Notes under the pieces: model-generated
Databases searched by the model: none
What the model saw: only the letters and a program-made list of their open reading frames with translations
What the model was told of the DNA's origin: nothing
Translations under genes and position numbers: made by a program
In this document: positions 13,322 to 24,399 of the stretch, in pieces
Layout of the letters: each line of letters begins with the position of its first letter
Position numbering within the stretch: position 1 is the first letter of the stretch
Assembly: GCA_964291285.2 (NCBI GenBank)
Contig: OZ219787.1
Span: 1,696,001 to 1,760,000, forward strand
Length of the DNA stretch: 64,000 bases
Reading direction: 5' to 3'
Origin: Alphaproteobacteria bacterium
GTDB lineage: Bacteria; Pseudomonadota; Alphaproteobacteria; Bin95

Positions 13322-15227
13322 CCCAACTTCAACAGTGACGATTAAAAGTATTCGATAGAACAGGGAGTTACACCGGCATCGCCGGGTGTACCCACTACAT
13401 TTCGTTGATTTTGGGGACGGTCAGGCTTTGTGTTCGCGCCAGTTCGGCGGCAGCGCGATGCCGACGGCCTGGAAGACCTTTCCGACCTGGCCCTCGACAT
13501 GGGTGCGGGTGGTGATGCGCTTGCCGTCCTTCTCGATGGTGGCCTCTTGCAGGCGGTCGAGATCGCGGATCAGGTCGTCCCATTCGACGTTGACGTTGGC
13601 GGCGGCGCAGCGGTCGGCCAGTTCCTTCTGGAGGACGAGCGCGAGGAAGGAGCAGAAGACGTGGCCGCGGATCGCGGCGTCGCAGGAGTGGTAGATCGGG
13701 CGGTGCGCAACTGGGCCTTCGCCCGGCGGAACAGGTCTTCCACCGTGAGCAGCTCCCGGTAGCGGAGCACGGCATTGAGCGGCGTCATGCCGGCGTTGGT
13801 GCGCAGCACGAAGATGCCGTCGAAGCCGGCCTCCTCGGCGAGCTTGCCGGCGTCGATCTCGAACGCCTTGCCCGCGCCCGTGCGGCGCAGATAACGCCGG
13901 TAGGCGCTGTTGCCGATCAGCGCTTTCTCGCCGTCCGCAAGGCGGCGCTGGAGGCCGTCCACCACGGCCTGCCGGTCGGCGCGGTCCTTCTGTGCCTCCG
14001 CCTCGTTGCGGCACACGATGTAGCGCGCGCCGCCCACCGTGACTTCCTTCACGAACAGCTGCGTCTCGCCGCGCGGACGCTTGAGGAGCAGCGGCACAAA
14101 GGGCTTCGTGTCCTTCAGCACCACCTCGCGGACCACCTTCGTGCGCCGCTCGCGCGCGCCCAGGATGTAGTCCAGCCCCCGCTCTTCCAGCGCCGCTATC
14201 GTCGCCGCCGAGATCATCCCCCGGTCCGCCACCACGCACACACGACCGATCCCGAAGCGTGACCGAAGACGGTCCACGATCGGCAGCAGCACCCTGGTGT
14301 CGGCCGTGTTGCCCGGCAGCATCTCCGTGCACACAGGCCGGCCCTCGCCGTCCAGCACCACCGCCAGAACCATCTGGCGCAAGTCCGGGCGATGGTCCTT
14401 CGAGTAGCCGTGCGCGCCCAGCGTCTCGCCGCCCGCGCCGTGGAACGACAGCGTCGTGGTGTCCATGAACACCACAGACAGGTCGGTGAACAGGTCCCGC
14501 CTGTGCTCGAACAGACGCTCCTCGATCCCGTCCTTCACGCAGCGCGGCGCAAGCGCGCCTTCCGCCGGCGCCTCCAGCTCCTCCCCGAGCCAGGCCATCG
14601 CCCGATACAGCTGATGAAGCCGCAACCCCTCGATCCCCTCGATCGCGTAGTCGGCCATCCACTTCTCGCAGGACCGGTCCGAACCCGACACGAACAGACG
14701 GTGCAGAACGCTCACAAACACCGCCCGCTCGACGGCGAACCCGAAGCCGCGACCGTCCAGAAGCTCCTTCACGACAGCGCCCACGCCCAGCCGATCCCAC
14801 AGCCGACCGAACAGCAGCGGACCGCCGACCCGCACGCAGGCCAGCGCGCCCGCCTCCATGTCCTCCAGCACCACGGACCGCTCCGAATGGCGCGCCAGGG
14901 ACGCGATCAGACGGTCCAGCTCCCCGCTCGCCTGCAACACGTCCTTGCGGCCGAGCGCGCGGATCGTGCGCTGGCGCACCCGCTTGCCCTCGCGCACGCT
15001 CTCCACGAGGTAGAGATAGCGGTGGCCCCGGGCGGTCGTTTCGCGCACGAACATGACCGCGTTGTATGTCTTCGATATCGACCAATCAAGAAAACAAGGC
15101 CAAATCAGCAAAAATGTTTCACTACATTTTTCTCAACCCGCGCCAATCATCACCTCACTATCCAATCATTTCAACAACTTGGCGAAACCGCGCCCGGCAA
15201 AAATCGACACCGACTGTTCAAGTTGGG
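13322..15227 (-). mobile_element. IS1634-family element
   Basis: IRs CCCAACTT(C/G)AACAGT; 5-bp duplication CCTGA at 13317-13321 and 15228-15232; removal restores MAFRLIGNW. Confidence 0.9.
13421..15054 (-). pseudogene. IS1634 transposase with a 1-nt frameshift near 13702
   Basis: YLYLVESVREGKRVRQR, FMDTTTLSF, GYSKDHRPD, VADRGM, YRELLTVEDLFR; the C-terminal RPIYH..IRGHVFCSFLAL continues in another frame. Confidence 0.85.
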
Positions 15228-15785
15228 CCTGAAGGCCATGACCCGCCCCCAGAGCATCGAATCCGCGACGCTCCAGGGCTCCGGGCCGTAGAACAGGATT
15301 GCGAGCTCCCAGGGAAGCGCCCCGTCGCGCGCGCCCAGCCAGGCATTCACGCCGGCGGCGTAGGCTTCCGCGACCCGCCGCAGGTCGGGCGGGAGTGCAG
15401 CCGCCTGGCTTTCCGCCTGGCGCCGGAGGCCGAGGCCGCGCGTATAGCGGTCGAATCCGAGCGCCATGCTTCCGACAAGTTCGCTCATGCGGCCCGAGCC
15501 GCCGCGGCGCATGAGCTCCATTTGCGCGAACCGGTCCTGCGCATGGACATAACCCAGGCCGAAGGCTGCGTCGACCGGATTGCCGGCCCGGATCGTCGGC
15601 ACGCCGTACCGGTCGCGCAGGACCTGGACCGGCCCTTCGAGGCCCGGCAGGCGTAGTTCGCCGTCGACTTCGGGCAACGAGGTGCGCAGCCAGAGCAACC
15701 CGGCTCCGACCGTCAGAATTATGACCACCAGCAGGGCGGTGGCGACGCGCAGCGTCCAGCGCCACAACCGCCGCCGAATGTTCAC
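15228..15785 (-). pseudogene. penicillin acylase family gene, N-terminal fragment
   Basis: TM anchor, VQVLRDRYGVPTI, FGLGYVHAQDRFAQMELMRR, YAAGVNAWL. Confidence 0.92.
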
Positions 15786-15795
15786 GGCAGCCGGC

Positions 15796-16977
15796 TCATG
15801 CGGATGCCGAAACGTTGCGCCCGGCCAACTCCTCGAGGATTCGCTCCCGGTCCTGATCGACGTCCGGGGCCGTGGCGCGGGACGCCGGGTCGTCATAGCC
15901 GGAGAGCTTGATCGGGTTGCCCGCAACCTTGAGCCGGCCGGCGGTCGGGTCGTCCACCTCGACCACCATATTGCGCGGCTCCACCTGGGGATGCGCCATC
16001 ACGGTCCCGATATCGTTGATACCGCTTGCCGGAATGCCGGCCGGGTCGAGCAGGGCGAGCCAGTCGGCCGTGCTGCGGGCAGCGAGGATGGATTCGATCT
16101 CCGCCTCGAGGCTTTCCTGGTTCTCGTTGCGCAGATTGTTGGAGGCGTAGCGCGGGTCGTCCTTCAGATCGGGCCGGTCGAGAATGTCGCAGAACCGCTG
16201 GAACATGACGTCGTTGCCCGCCGCGACCACCATCCAGCCGTCCAGCGTGCGGAAGGTCTGAAAGGGTGTGATCGACGGATGCCGTCCGCCGAGCGGCCCC
16301 GGCGACATGCCGGTCGCGCCAAAGCGGGCGACCGCGTTTTCACAGAGCGCGATCTGGCAGTCGAGCATGGAGACGTCGAGCTTGCGGCCCCGCCCGGTGC
16401 GGGCGCGGTCGTAGAGGGCTGTCACGATGCCGACGGTCGTGAACAGTCCGGCGCCGATATCGCCGATGGACATGCCGACGCGGGTCGGCTCCTGGCCCGG
16501 CTGGCCGGTGATCGACATGATGCCGCCCATCGCCTGCACCACCATGTCATAGGCCGGACGCTTGGAATGGGGGCCTGAATGGCCGAAGCCGGAGCAGGCG
16601 GCGTAGATCAGCGCCGGGTAGCGGTCCTTGAGGTCATCCCAGCCATAGCCGAGTTTCTCCATCGTGCCCGGGCGGAAATTCTCCGCCACCACATCGGCAC
16701 CGGCGAGCAGCGCCTCGAAAACCGCGCGGTCGCCGTCGTCCTTGAGGTCGAGCGCGATGCTCTCCTTGCCGCGGTTGACGGAGATGAAATAAGCCGACTT
16801 GCCGTTGACGAACGGGCCGTATTCACGGGCGTCGTCACCGCGGCCGGGCGTCTCCACCTTGATGACGCGGGCGCCGAGCTCGGCCAGGATCATGGTGGAA
16901 TACGGCCCCGCCAGCACGCGGGTGAGGTCGATGACGGTGACGCCGCTGAGCGGCCCCGTGGTCTGCTGGGTCGTCAT
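15796..16977 (-). CDS. CaiB/BaiF family III CoA-transferase
   Basis: GPLSGVTVIDLTRVLAGP, NRGKESIALDLK, ENFRPG. Confidence 0.92.
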   Translation of the reverse strand: MTTQQTTGPLSGVTVIDLTRVLAGPYSTMILAELGARVIKVETPGRGDDAREYGPFVNGKSAYFISVNRGKESIALDLKDDGDRAVFEALLAGADVVAENFRPGTMEKLGYGWDDLKDRYPALIYAACSGFGHSGPHSKRPAYDMVVQAMGGIMSITGQPGQEPTRVGMSIGDIGAGLFTTVGIVTALYDRARTGRGRKLDVSMLDCQIALCENAVARFGATGMSPGPLGGRHPSITPFQTFRTLDGWMVVAAGNDVMFQRFCDILDRPDLKDDPRYASNNLRNENQESLEAEIESILAARSTADWLALLDPAGIPASGINDIGTVMAHPQVEPRNMVVEVDDPTAGRLKVAGNPIKLSGYDDPASRATAPDVDQDRERILEELAGRNVSASA

Positions 16978-17135
16978 GGGCAAAGCGGTCCCCGGTTGCG
17001 GATGCTGGTATCCAGCATAAACCCGTCCGCATTGCCGCCATAGGGGCGGAAGGCGCGCATCCCGGGCCTGCCTTGAAGCCATGGGGCGGACGGGGTATCC
17101 GTGCGGCTGGAATTTCCCCGGGAGGAGCGGCGCCG

Positions 17136-17423
17136 ATGGCGTTGGACCGCGCGACTGTTGAGCGCATTGCCGCGCTCGCCCGCATCGAGATCGCCGAAGA
17201 GGAGGCGGACGCGCTCGCCGCCGAACTCGGCGCAATCCTGGGCTGGGTCGAAACCCTGAACGAGGTCGATACCGCCGAAGTCGCGCCGATGACCTCGGTC
17301 GGCGGCCACAGCCTTCCCTGGCGCGCCGACGAGGTGGACGACGGCGGCTACCCGGACCGCATCCTCTCCAATGCGCCCGACGCCGCCGGGGCGTTCTTCG
17401 CCGTGCCTAAGGTGGTGGAATGA
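17136..17423 (+). CDS. gatC: Asp/Glu-tRNA amidotransferase subunit C
   Basis: [10 protein letters not shown]...[20 protein letters not shown]. Confidence 0.93.
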   Translation: MALDRATVERIAALARIEIAEEEADALAAELGAILGWVETLNEVDTAEVAPMTSVGGHSLPWRADEVDDGGYPDRILSNAPDAAGAFFAVPKVVE

Positions 17424-18889
17424 TGCGCCGCCTCGGCGTTGCCGATATCCGTGCGGGCCTCGCAAGCGGAGAGTTCTCCGCGGTCGAACTGGTTCAGGAC
17501 CGGCTGGCGGCGCTGGAGGACGCCGAAGCGCTGAATGCTGCGGTCACGCTTATGCCCGAGCGGGCGCTGGAAGCGGCGCGGGCGGCAGACCGTCGGAGGG
17601 CGGCAGGAGAGCCCGCGTTGCCGCTCGACGGCGTGCCGGTCGCGGTGAAGGACCTGTTCTGCACCGAGGGCGTGCGGACCACGGCGTCGTCGGCCATGCT
17701 GGAGGGCTTTGTCCCGCCCTATGAGTCCACGGTGACGTCCAATCTCGTCGCTGCCGGCACGGCGCTTGTCGCGAAGACCAATCTCGACGAGTTCGCGATG
17801 GGCTCCTCCACCGCGACCTCCCATTTCGGCCCGGCGGTCAATCCCTGGAAGGCGAAGGGCGATCCGCGCCCGCGCGCGCCGGGCGGCTCCTCGGGCGGGT
17901 CTGCGGCGCTGGTCGCGGCATCCGTCGTGCCGGCCGCACTCGGCACCGATACGGGCGGCTCAATCCGCCAGCCGGCGGCGTTTTGCGGCGTTGTCGGCCT
18001 CAAACCCACCTATGGGCGCTGCTCGCGCTGGGGCATTGTCGCCTTCGCCTCCTCGCTCGACCAGGCGGGGCCGATGACCCGGAGCGTGCGCGACGCGGCC
18101 ATACTGCTCGCCGCCATGTCCGGCCATGACCCGAAGGACTCGACCAGCGCGCGCGAGCCCGTGCCGGATTTCGAGGCCGCGCTCGGCGGCGGCGTGCCGG
18201 GCCTGCGCATCGGCGTGCCGCGGGAATATCGGGTGGACGGCATGCCGGACGAGCTCGACGCTTTGTGGAGGGCGGGTGCTGCCTGGCTGGAGGAAGCCGG
18301 CGCGGAGATCGTCGACATCTCGCTGCCGCACACGCATTACGCGCTGCCGGCCTATTACATTGTGGCGCCCGCCGAGGCGTCGTCAAACCTCGCCCGTTAC
18401 GACGGCGTGCGCTACGGCCTCCGCTCTCCGGCCGAAGTCGTCGAGGAGCAATATGCGCGCACCCGCCGCGCCGGCTTCGGGGCAGAAGTCCGCAGGCGGG
18501 TGCTGATCGGCACCTATGTGCTCTCCGCCGGTTATTACGACGCCTATTATACGAAGGCGCAGCGTGTGCGCCGGCTGATCGCGCGGGACTTCGAGCAGGC
18601 GTTCGGGAAGGTCGACGCCGTGCTGACGCCGACCGCGCCGACCGCCGCGTTCCCGCTCGGGGAGAAGATGGACGACCCGATTGCGATGTATCTGAACGAC
18701 GTATTCACCGTGCCGGCGAGCCTCGCCGGCCTGCCGGGGGTCTCGGTGCCCGCGGGACTCGACGGCACGGGCCTGCCGCTCGGCCTGCAACTTATCGGCC
18801 GGCCGTTCGACGAAGCGACCGTGCTGCGCGCGGCCGAGGCGCTGGAAGAGGGCGCCGGGTTCGACACCGAGCCGGAGTTCGTGCGGTGA
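17420..18889 (+). CDS. gatA: Asp/Glu-tRNA amidotransferase subunit A
   Basis: [36 protein letters not shown]. Confidence 0.96.
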   Translation: MMRRLGVADIRAGLASGEFSAVELVQDRLAALEDAEALNAAVTLMPERALEAARAADRRRAAGEPALPLDGVPVAVKDLFCTEGVRTTASSAMLEGFVPPYESTVTSNLVAAGTALVAKTNLDEFAMGSSTATSHFGPAVNPWKAKGDPRPRAPGGSSGGSAALVAASVVPAALGTDTGGSIRQPAAFCGVVGLKPTYGRCSRWGIVAFASSLDQAGPMTRSVRDAAILLAAMSGHDPKDSTSAREPVPDFEAALGGGVPGLRIGVPREYRVDGMPDELDALWRAGAAWLEEAGAEIVDISLPHTHYALPAYYIVAPAEASSNLARYDGVRYGLRSPAEVVEEQYARTRRAGFGAEVRRRVLIGTYVLSAGYYDAYYTKAQRVRRLIARDFEQAFGKVDAVLTPTAPTAAFPLGEKMDDPIAMYLNDVFTVPASLAGLPGVSVPAGLDGTGLPLGLQLIGRPFDEATVLRAAEALEEGAGFDTEPEFVR

Positions 18890-20337
18890 GCGCCTTCATC
18901 GAAGGCCGGGACGGCGCGTGGGAATACGCCATCGGCCTTGAGGTCCATGCGCAGGTGGCCTCCTCCGCAAAGCTGTTTTCGGGGGCGCCGACCGCCTTCG
19001 GCGCGGAGCCCAACACACAAGTCAGCCTCGTCGATGCCGCCATGCCGGGCATGCTGCCTGTCATCAACCGGGTCTGCATCGAGCAGGCGGTGCGAACCGG
19101 CCTCGGTTTCGGCGGCGCCATCGCCCGCCATTCGGTGTTCGACCGCAAGAACTACTTCTATCCGGACCTGCCGCAGGGCTACCAGATATCGCAATACACA
19201 CAGCCGATCGTGTCGGGCGGATCGGTGGAGATTCCCGGTCGAACGGTGCGGATTACCCGCCTGCACCTGGAGCAGGACGCCGGCAAGAGCGTTCACGACC
19301 GGGACCCGGACCGGACCCTGATCGACCTGAACCGCGCCGGCGTGGCGCTCATGGAAATCGTGTCCGAGCCGGACCTGCGGAGCCCGGAAGAAGCGGCCGA
19401 TTTTCTCACGCGCCTCCGCGCGCTCCTGCGCTGGCTCGGCACCTGCGACGGCAACATGCAGGAGGGATCGCTGCGCTGCGACGCCAATGTGTCGGTGCGC
19501 TGTCCCGGTGCGGAACTCGGCACGCGGACGGAGATCAAAAACCTCAACTCCATCCGCTTCCTGCGCGAAGCCATCGAATATGAGGGGCAGCGCCAGGTGG
19601 AGGTCATCGAGTCGGGCGGCGAGGTCGTGCAAGAGACCCGGCTGTTCGATCCCGACCGGGGCGAGACCCGCGCCATGCGCACCAAGGAAGACGCGCACGA
19701 CTACCGCTATTTCCCCGACCCGGACCTGCTGCCGCTCGAACTCGACGAGGCGTTCATCGAGAGCATCCGCGCCTCCATGCCGGAACTGCCGGAAGCGCGC
19801 CGCGACCGTTTCATAGGGGAACTCGGCCTTTCTGAGGAGAATGCAAGAACGCTCATAGCTGATCGTGAGGTTGCCGACTATTTCGAGACAATTGTTCCCG
19901 GCCGTGACGCTACGTTGGTCGCCAACACCGTCACCGGAGAGGTAATGAGTTTGCTTAACCGGGAAGGTTTGGAGATCGTCGACGATACTTTTGTTATTCG
20001 AATGCCGCCGGAGGCGGTTGGTGAGAAGATTGACCTCGTCGCCGATGGCACGCTCTCCGGCCGCATGGGCCGGGAGGTGTTCGAGGTCATGTGGGAAACC
20101 GGGAAATCCGCCGCCGCCATTGTCGAGGAGCGGGGCCTCAAGCAGATTTCGGACACGGGCGCGCTTGAGGGTCTTGTGGACGAATTGCTGACCCGCGAAG
20201 CGGACAAGGCGGCGGAATACCGCGCCGGCAGGACCAAGCTCCTGGGCTTCTTCGTCGGGCAGGTGATGAAGGCGACCGGCGGCAAGGCCAATCCGAAAGT
20301 GGTAAATGAACTTTTGCGCTCAAAACTGGAGGTCTAA
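18886..20337 (+). CDS. gatB: Asp/Glu-tRNA amidotransferase subunit B
   Basis: [38 protein letters not shown]; GTG start overlaps the gatA stop. Confidence 0.96.
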   Translation: MSAFIEGRDGAWEYAIGLEVHAQVASSAKLFSGAPTAFGAEPNTQVSLVDAAMPGMLPVINRVCIEQAVRTGLGFGGAIARHSVFDRKNYFYPDLPQGYQISQYTQPIVSGGSVEIPGRTVRITRLHLEQDAGKSVHDRDPDRTLIDLNRAGVALMEIVSEPDLRSPEEAADFLTRLRALLRWLGTCDGNMQEGSLRCDANVSVRCPGAELGTRTEIKNLNSIRFLREAIEYEGQRQVEVIESGGEVVQETRLFDPDRGETRAMRTKEDAHDYRYFPDPDLLPLELDEAFIESIRASMPELPEARRDRFIGELGLSEENARTLIADREVADYFETIVPGRDATLVANTVTGEVMSLLNREGLEIVDDTFVIRMPPEAVGEKIDLVADGTLSGRMGREVFEVMWETGKSAAAIVEERGLKQISDTGALEGLVDELLTREADKAAEYRAGRTKLLGFFVGQVMKATGGKANPKVVNELLRSKLEV

Positions 20338-20342
20338 AGGGA

Positions 20343-21113
20343 ATGGTGAAGGACAAGGCGGTTCTGATTACTGGGGCCGGCAGCGGCATAGGCGAGGCTT
20401 GCGCGCATGCATTCGCCGCCGCCGGCGCGCGGCTCGCGCTTGCCGATATCGACAAGGCGGCGGCCGAGCGGGTCGCAGACGCCTGCGGCGGGGCGGGAGC
20501 CGTGATCGAGGCCGATTGCGGCGATGTCGCGTCCATCGAGGCGATGGTGGAGGCCGCAGCAAGCGCGCTCGGCGGCCTCGACGCCTCGGTCAACAACGCC
20601 GGCGTCACCCGCCACGCCGATATCATGGAGCTCACCGAGCAGGACTGGGACCGCATTCACCGGGTCAACTCCAAGGGCGTATTCTTCTGCCTGCAGAGCG
20701 TGGCGCGGCGGATGATCGAGCAGGGCCGGGGCGGGCGCATCGTCAACATCGCGTCCATTGCCGGGCGCGGCTTCAAGGGGACTTCCAACGCCGCCTACGC
20801 CGCCAGCAAAGGCGCCGTCATCTCGCTCACCAAGACCGCCGCCCAGCAACTGGGGCAATACGACATCAATGTGAATGCCGTCTGTCCGGGCGTCACATTC
20901 ACCGCGCTGGTGGAGCAGCTTGTCCGCGACCGTTCCGCCGCGCGCGGTATTTCGGCCGAGGAGATGCGCCGCAGCATGGAGGCCCCGATTCCCATCGGGC
21001 GCGGCAACGACCCCGCGGATATCGCGGCGCTCTGCGTCTTCCTGACGGGGCCGGGCTCGCGCAATGTTACCGGGCAGGCGTGGAACGTCGACGGCGGCCT
21101 GGTGCCGAGCTGA
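20343..21113 (+). CDS. short-chain dehydrogenase/reductase
   Basis: TGAGSGIG, NNAG, YAASK, NAVCPG. Confidence 0.92.
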   Translation: MVKDKAVLITGAGSGIGEACAHAFAAAGARLALADIDKAAAERVADACGGAGAVIEADCGDVASIEAMVEAAASALGGLDASVNNAGVTRHADIMELTEQDWDRIHRVNSKGVFFCLQSVARRMIEQGRGGRIVNIASIAGRGFKGTSNAAYAASKGAVISLTKTAAQQLGQYDINVNAVCPGVTFTALVEQLVRDRSAARGISAEEMRRSMEAPIPIGRGNDPADIAALCVFLTGPGSRNVTGQAWNVDGGLVPS

Positions 21114-21120
21114 TCCGGAT

Positions 21121-21972
21121 TCAGCTTCCCGTTTCGAGAACCCGGAGCGGCGCGCCGTCGGCTTCCAGCCCGGCGCCGTCCCCGATGCGGTCGAGGCGCA
21201 GCAGCGCGAGGCCGAGGCCGTCCCGGCTGGAGCGCATTTCCCCGACCGGGCGTCCGGCGACCGCGATTCGGGTGCCCGGCTCGACCGGGCCGTCGAGCGC
21301 CACCGGCACGAGTTGCTTGCGCACGGCGCCGCGATAGTGGGTGCGCGCCGTGACTTCCTGGCCGACATAGCAGCCCTTCTCCCAGTCCACGCCGTTCAGC
21401 CGTTCGAACCCGCTTTCCAGCAGGAACGCCTGGCCGACCGGCATGTCGCGCGAGCCGTCCGGCGCGCCCAGCCGGTAGCGCAGGGCCTCATAATCGGCGA
21501 AGTCCCCTTCCGGCAGGCCGGTCGGCGTGTCCGCCGGGCGCAGCAGCCGCACCCCGAACCTGCCGTCGCGCGGATCGACATAGGCGATGCCGCCGCCGGA
21601 GCGCGCGGTATCGCCCGGCCCGGCGCCGGCAAGGCCGAAATGCTCTGCTCCCTCCGGTGCGGCCTCCACCATCCAGCCGGCGCTTGCATCCTCTATGACG
21701 ATCTTCGCCCGGAGCCGGTAGCGCCTGAGCCGCTTCGAGAGGTCATCCAACCGGTCCGACTCACCGTCGAGATAGACCGTGCCCTCGCGTTCCACCGCGA
21801 AGACGTCGTGCAGGAACTTGCCCTGCGGGGTCAGCAGCGCGGCATAGACGGCGTTTCCGGCGCGCACCCGTTCCATGTCGTTCGACAGCAGGCCCTGCAG
21901 AAAGCCGTGGACGTCCTCGCCCGAAAGCGCCAGAACGCCCCGGTGGGGCAAGGGAATACAGGCGGGGATCAT
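21121..21972 (-). CDS. ygfZ: folate-binding Fe-S repair protein YgfZ
   Basis: KGCYVGQE signature, LLTPQGK. Confidence 0.9.
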   Translation of the reverse strand: MIPACIPLPHRGVLALSGEDVHGFLQGLLSNDMERVRAGNAVYAALLTPQGKFLHDVFAVEREGTVYLDGESDRLDDLSKRLRRYRLRAKIVIEDASAGWMVEAAPEGAEHFGLAGAGPGDTARSGGGIAYVDPRDGRFGVRLLRPADTPTGLPEGDFADYEALRYRLGAPDGSRDMPVGQAFLLESGFERLNGVDWEKGCYVGQEVTARTHYRGAVRKQLVPVALDGPVEPGTRIAVAGRPVGEMRSSRDGLGLALLRLDRIGDGAGLEADGAPLRVLETGS

Positions 21973-22021
21973 GGCCGTCTTTGTCGCCTTTCCTGTTCTG
22001 ATGCGCAAGGGATGAGAGACC

Positions 22022-23062
22022 ATGGACCGACTGGAGATACGCCGCCCGGACGACTGGCATGTCCATTTTCGCGAGGGCGAAATGCTGCGCGCGGTCGTGC
22101 CGTTCACGGCGCGGCAGTTCGCCCGCGCCATCGTGATGCCGAACCTGGTGCCGCCGGTAACGGACGGTGCCCGCGCCCGCGCCTACCGCGACGAGATCGT
22201 GGCCGCGCTGCCTCCCGACTCGGGATTCGAGCCGCTGATGACCTGCTACCTGACGGACGGGCTCGACCCGGCCGTGATGGAGGACGAGGTTTTCACTGCC
22301 GCCAAGCTCTACCCGGCCCATGCGACCACCAACTCCGCCCACGGCGTGACCGACGTCGCGGCGCTCACCCCGGTGCTGGAGCGGATGCAGCGGATCGGCA
22401 AGCCGCTGCTCATCCACGGCGAGGTGACGCATCCCGAAGTGGATGTCTTCGACCGGGAGGCGGTGTTCGTGGAGACGGTGCTGGCCGGGCTCCGGCGCGA
22501 CTTCCCGGAGCTCAGGATCGTGCTGGAGCATGTCACCACGGCGGAAGGCGTCGCGTTCGTGGAGGAGGCAGACGGCCCGACGGCCGCGACGATCACCCCG
22601 CACCATCTGGTCATCGACCGCAACGACCTGTTGGTGGGTGGCATAAGGCCCCACCTCTACTGTCTGCCGGTCGCCAAGCGCCGCCGCCACCGGGACGCGC
22701 TCCGCCGCGCGGCGGTGTCCGGCAGTCCGCGCTTCTTCCTCGGCACCGATACCGCGCCCCATGCTGTCGGCGACAAGGAGACCGCCTGCGGCTGCGCCGG
22801 CATCTTCTGCGCGCCGACCGCTCTGGAGGTCTATGCCGAGGTCTTCGACGAGGAAGGCGCGCTCGACCGGCTGGAAGCCTTTGCGAGCCTGAACGGCCCG
22901 GCCTTCTACGGCCTCCCGCCGAACGAGGAGCGTATCCTGCTGGAACGCCGCCCCAACGAAGCCCCCGGCCTCTTCGCCGTCGGCGGCGACACCATCCTCC
23001 CCTTCCGCGCCGGCGAACGCCTGGACTGGCGGATTGCGGAGTCCTTGTTCTTTACCAATTGA
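22022..23062 (+). CDS. pyrC: dihydroorotase
   Basis: [36 protein letters not shown]. Confidence 0.95.
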   Translation: MDRLEIRRPDDWHVHFREGEMLRAVVPFTARQFARAIVMPNLVPPVTDGARARAYRDEIVAALPPDSGFEPLMTCYLTDGLDPAVMEDEVFTAAKLYPAHATTNSAHGVTDVAALTPVLERMQRIGKPLLIHGEVTHPEVDVFDREAVFVETVLAGLRRDFPELRIVLEHVTTAEGVAFVEEADGPTAATITPHHLVIDRNDLLVGGIRPHLYCLPVAKRRRHRDALRRAAVSGSPRFFLGTDTAPHAVGDKETACGCAGIFCAPTALEVYAEVFDEEGALDRLEAFASLNGPAFYGLPPNEERILLERRPNEAPGLFAVGGDTILPFRAGERLDWRIAESLFFTN

Positions 23063-23121
23063 ACTTTTGTAAAGAAATGGTATCGTGCGTTGAAATCGGT
23101 CATGTCGGTAAGGAAAGCCTC

Positions 23122-23349
23122 ATGCCGCGGGTGAGCGCCAAACGCCAGATCACACTGCCTGTCGAGCAATGCAGGGAAGTCGGGATCGGACCGGGGGACG
23201 AGTATCGCAGCTATGTCGCGGACGGTCGCATCACCATCGTGCGGATGACCCCCGGCGCGGCCAAGGGGGTTCTGCGGCACATTGTCGGCGATCCGGCCGT
23301 CAGCGACGAGGAATCCCTGGAGGATGCGCTTGACAGGTCGGCGCCTTGA
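23122..23349 (+). CDS. AbrB/MazE-fold antitoxin
   Basis: MPRVSAKRQITLPVEQCREVGIGPGD; overlaps downstream PIN gene (TTGA). Confidence 0.8.
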   Translation: MPRVSAKRQITLPVEQCREVGIGPGDEYRSYVADGRITIVRMTPGAAKGVLRHIVGDPAVSDEESLEDALDRSAP

Positions 23350-23780
23350 TCGCCGTCGATACGAACGTCCTGCTTCGGTATTTGCTGCATGACAACGAAG
23401 CCCAGGCAGCGCGCGCGGAGGCCGTTTTCGAGGCGGGAGAGACCGTCCTGATCACGGATGTCGTTCTGGCGGAAACCGTGTGGACGCTTGCCGGCCGCAG
23501 ATACCGGCTGACGGAAGCCGAACTGGCGGGCACTCTCGAACGGCTGTTCAGCGATCCGTACATCCGTTTCGAGGACAACCGGGCCGTGTGGCGCGCCCTG
23601 CAGGCATTCCGAAGCACGGCGCAGATGGGCGAAGCCGGATCGGCCAGGAGCGTCGGCTTCGCCGATGCGTTGATCGTGTTCAAGGCAATGCAGGCGGCGT
23701 TGGACGCGGGCGAGGAGTTGACGCGCGTCTACACCTTCGATGCGGCAATGCAGCGCCTGCCGCATACCGCGCCGCCCTGA
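23346..23780 (+). CDS. vapC: VapC/PIN-domain toxin
   Basis: IAVDTNVLLRYL, VLAETVW, FADALI, TFD. Confidence 0.88.
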   Translation: MIAVDTNVLLRYLLHDNEAQAARAEAVFEAGETVLITDVVLAETVWTLAGRRYRLTEAELAGTLERLFSDPYIRFEDNRAVWRALQAFRSTAQMGEAGSARSVGFADALIVFKAMQAALDAGEELTRVYTFDAAMQRLPHTAPP

Positions 23781-23799
23781 AGATGATCGGCCTGTCGCC

Positions 23800-24399
23800 C
23801 TAATCGCGGGCGAGCGCGCATAGGGGGCGGGCGAGGAGGTGCTGGACGTAACTGCGCAAGGCCGGGAACTCGTCCAGATGGCCCAGGCGCCGGGCCCAGT
23901 TGAGGCACCAGCCGACGATGATGTCGGTGACGGTGAACCGCTCTTCGACCAGATAGTCGTGCTGCGCCAGATGCGCCTCCGCTACCGCCGCGCTGCGCTT
24001 GAACATCTTCTCGTTCTGCTCGAAGGCGGCGGTAATGCGCTTTTCCTCCGGCAGTACATACTGGTTGACGGCGTTGTTCCAGAGCCACGCCTCCATCTCG
24101 GCGAGGCAGAACGCGACCCACTGGTCGTGCTCGGCGCGCGCGAAGGTGCCGGGCGCGGCGATCAGCTTTGCGGCCGGAACGCGGTCGGCGATGTAAGTGC
24201 AGATGGCTGCGGACTCGAACAGCGCCCGTCCGTCGATGACCGCCGCCGGTATCTTCGCCAGGGGATGATACCGCCGCATTTCCTCCAGACTCGTCATGTC
24301 GCGCCGGTCGATCGCGGCATATTCGATCCCCGCTTCCTGCAGGGTCCACTGGCAACGTGCGGACCGGTTGGTGCCGGTGCCGAACAGGGTCACTTCCAT
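23800..24399 (-). CDS. glutathione S-transferase
   Basis: HPLAKIPA, LFESAAICTYIAD, FTVTDI. Confidence 0.88.
   Translation of the reverse strand: MEVTLFGTGTNRSARCQWTLQEAGIEYAAIDRRDMTSLEEMRRYHPLAKIPAAVIDGRALFESAAICTYIADRVPAAKLIAAPGTFARAEHDQWVAFCLAEMEAWLWNNAVNQYVLPEEKRITAAFEQNEKMFKRSAAVAEAHLAQHDYLVEERFTVTDIIVGWCLNWARRLGHLDEFPALRSYVQHLLARPLCALARD

Noticed and set aside
13690-13715. Possible programmed frameshift in the IS1634 transposase
   Set aside because: No slippery A-run; one C is missing from a short C-run (ACCGCCCG vs ACCCGCCCG), more consistent with a point deletion or sequencing error.
18265-18885. N-terminal extensions on gatB, and likewise pyrF (to 54385), the carboxylase (to 55707), tlpA (to 59287), the hydrolase (to 25646) and the antitoxin (from 21064)
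   Set aside because: ORF-caller extensions overlapping upstream genes; family homology starts at the downstream starts used.
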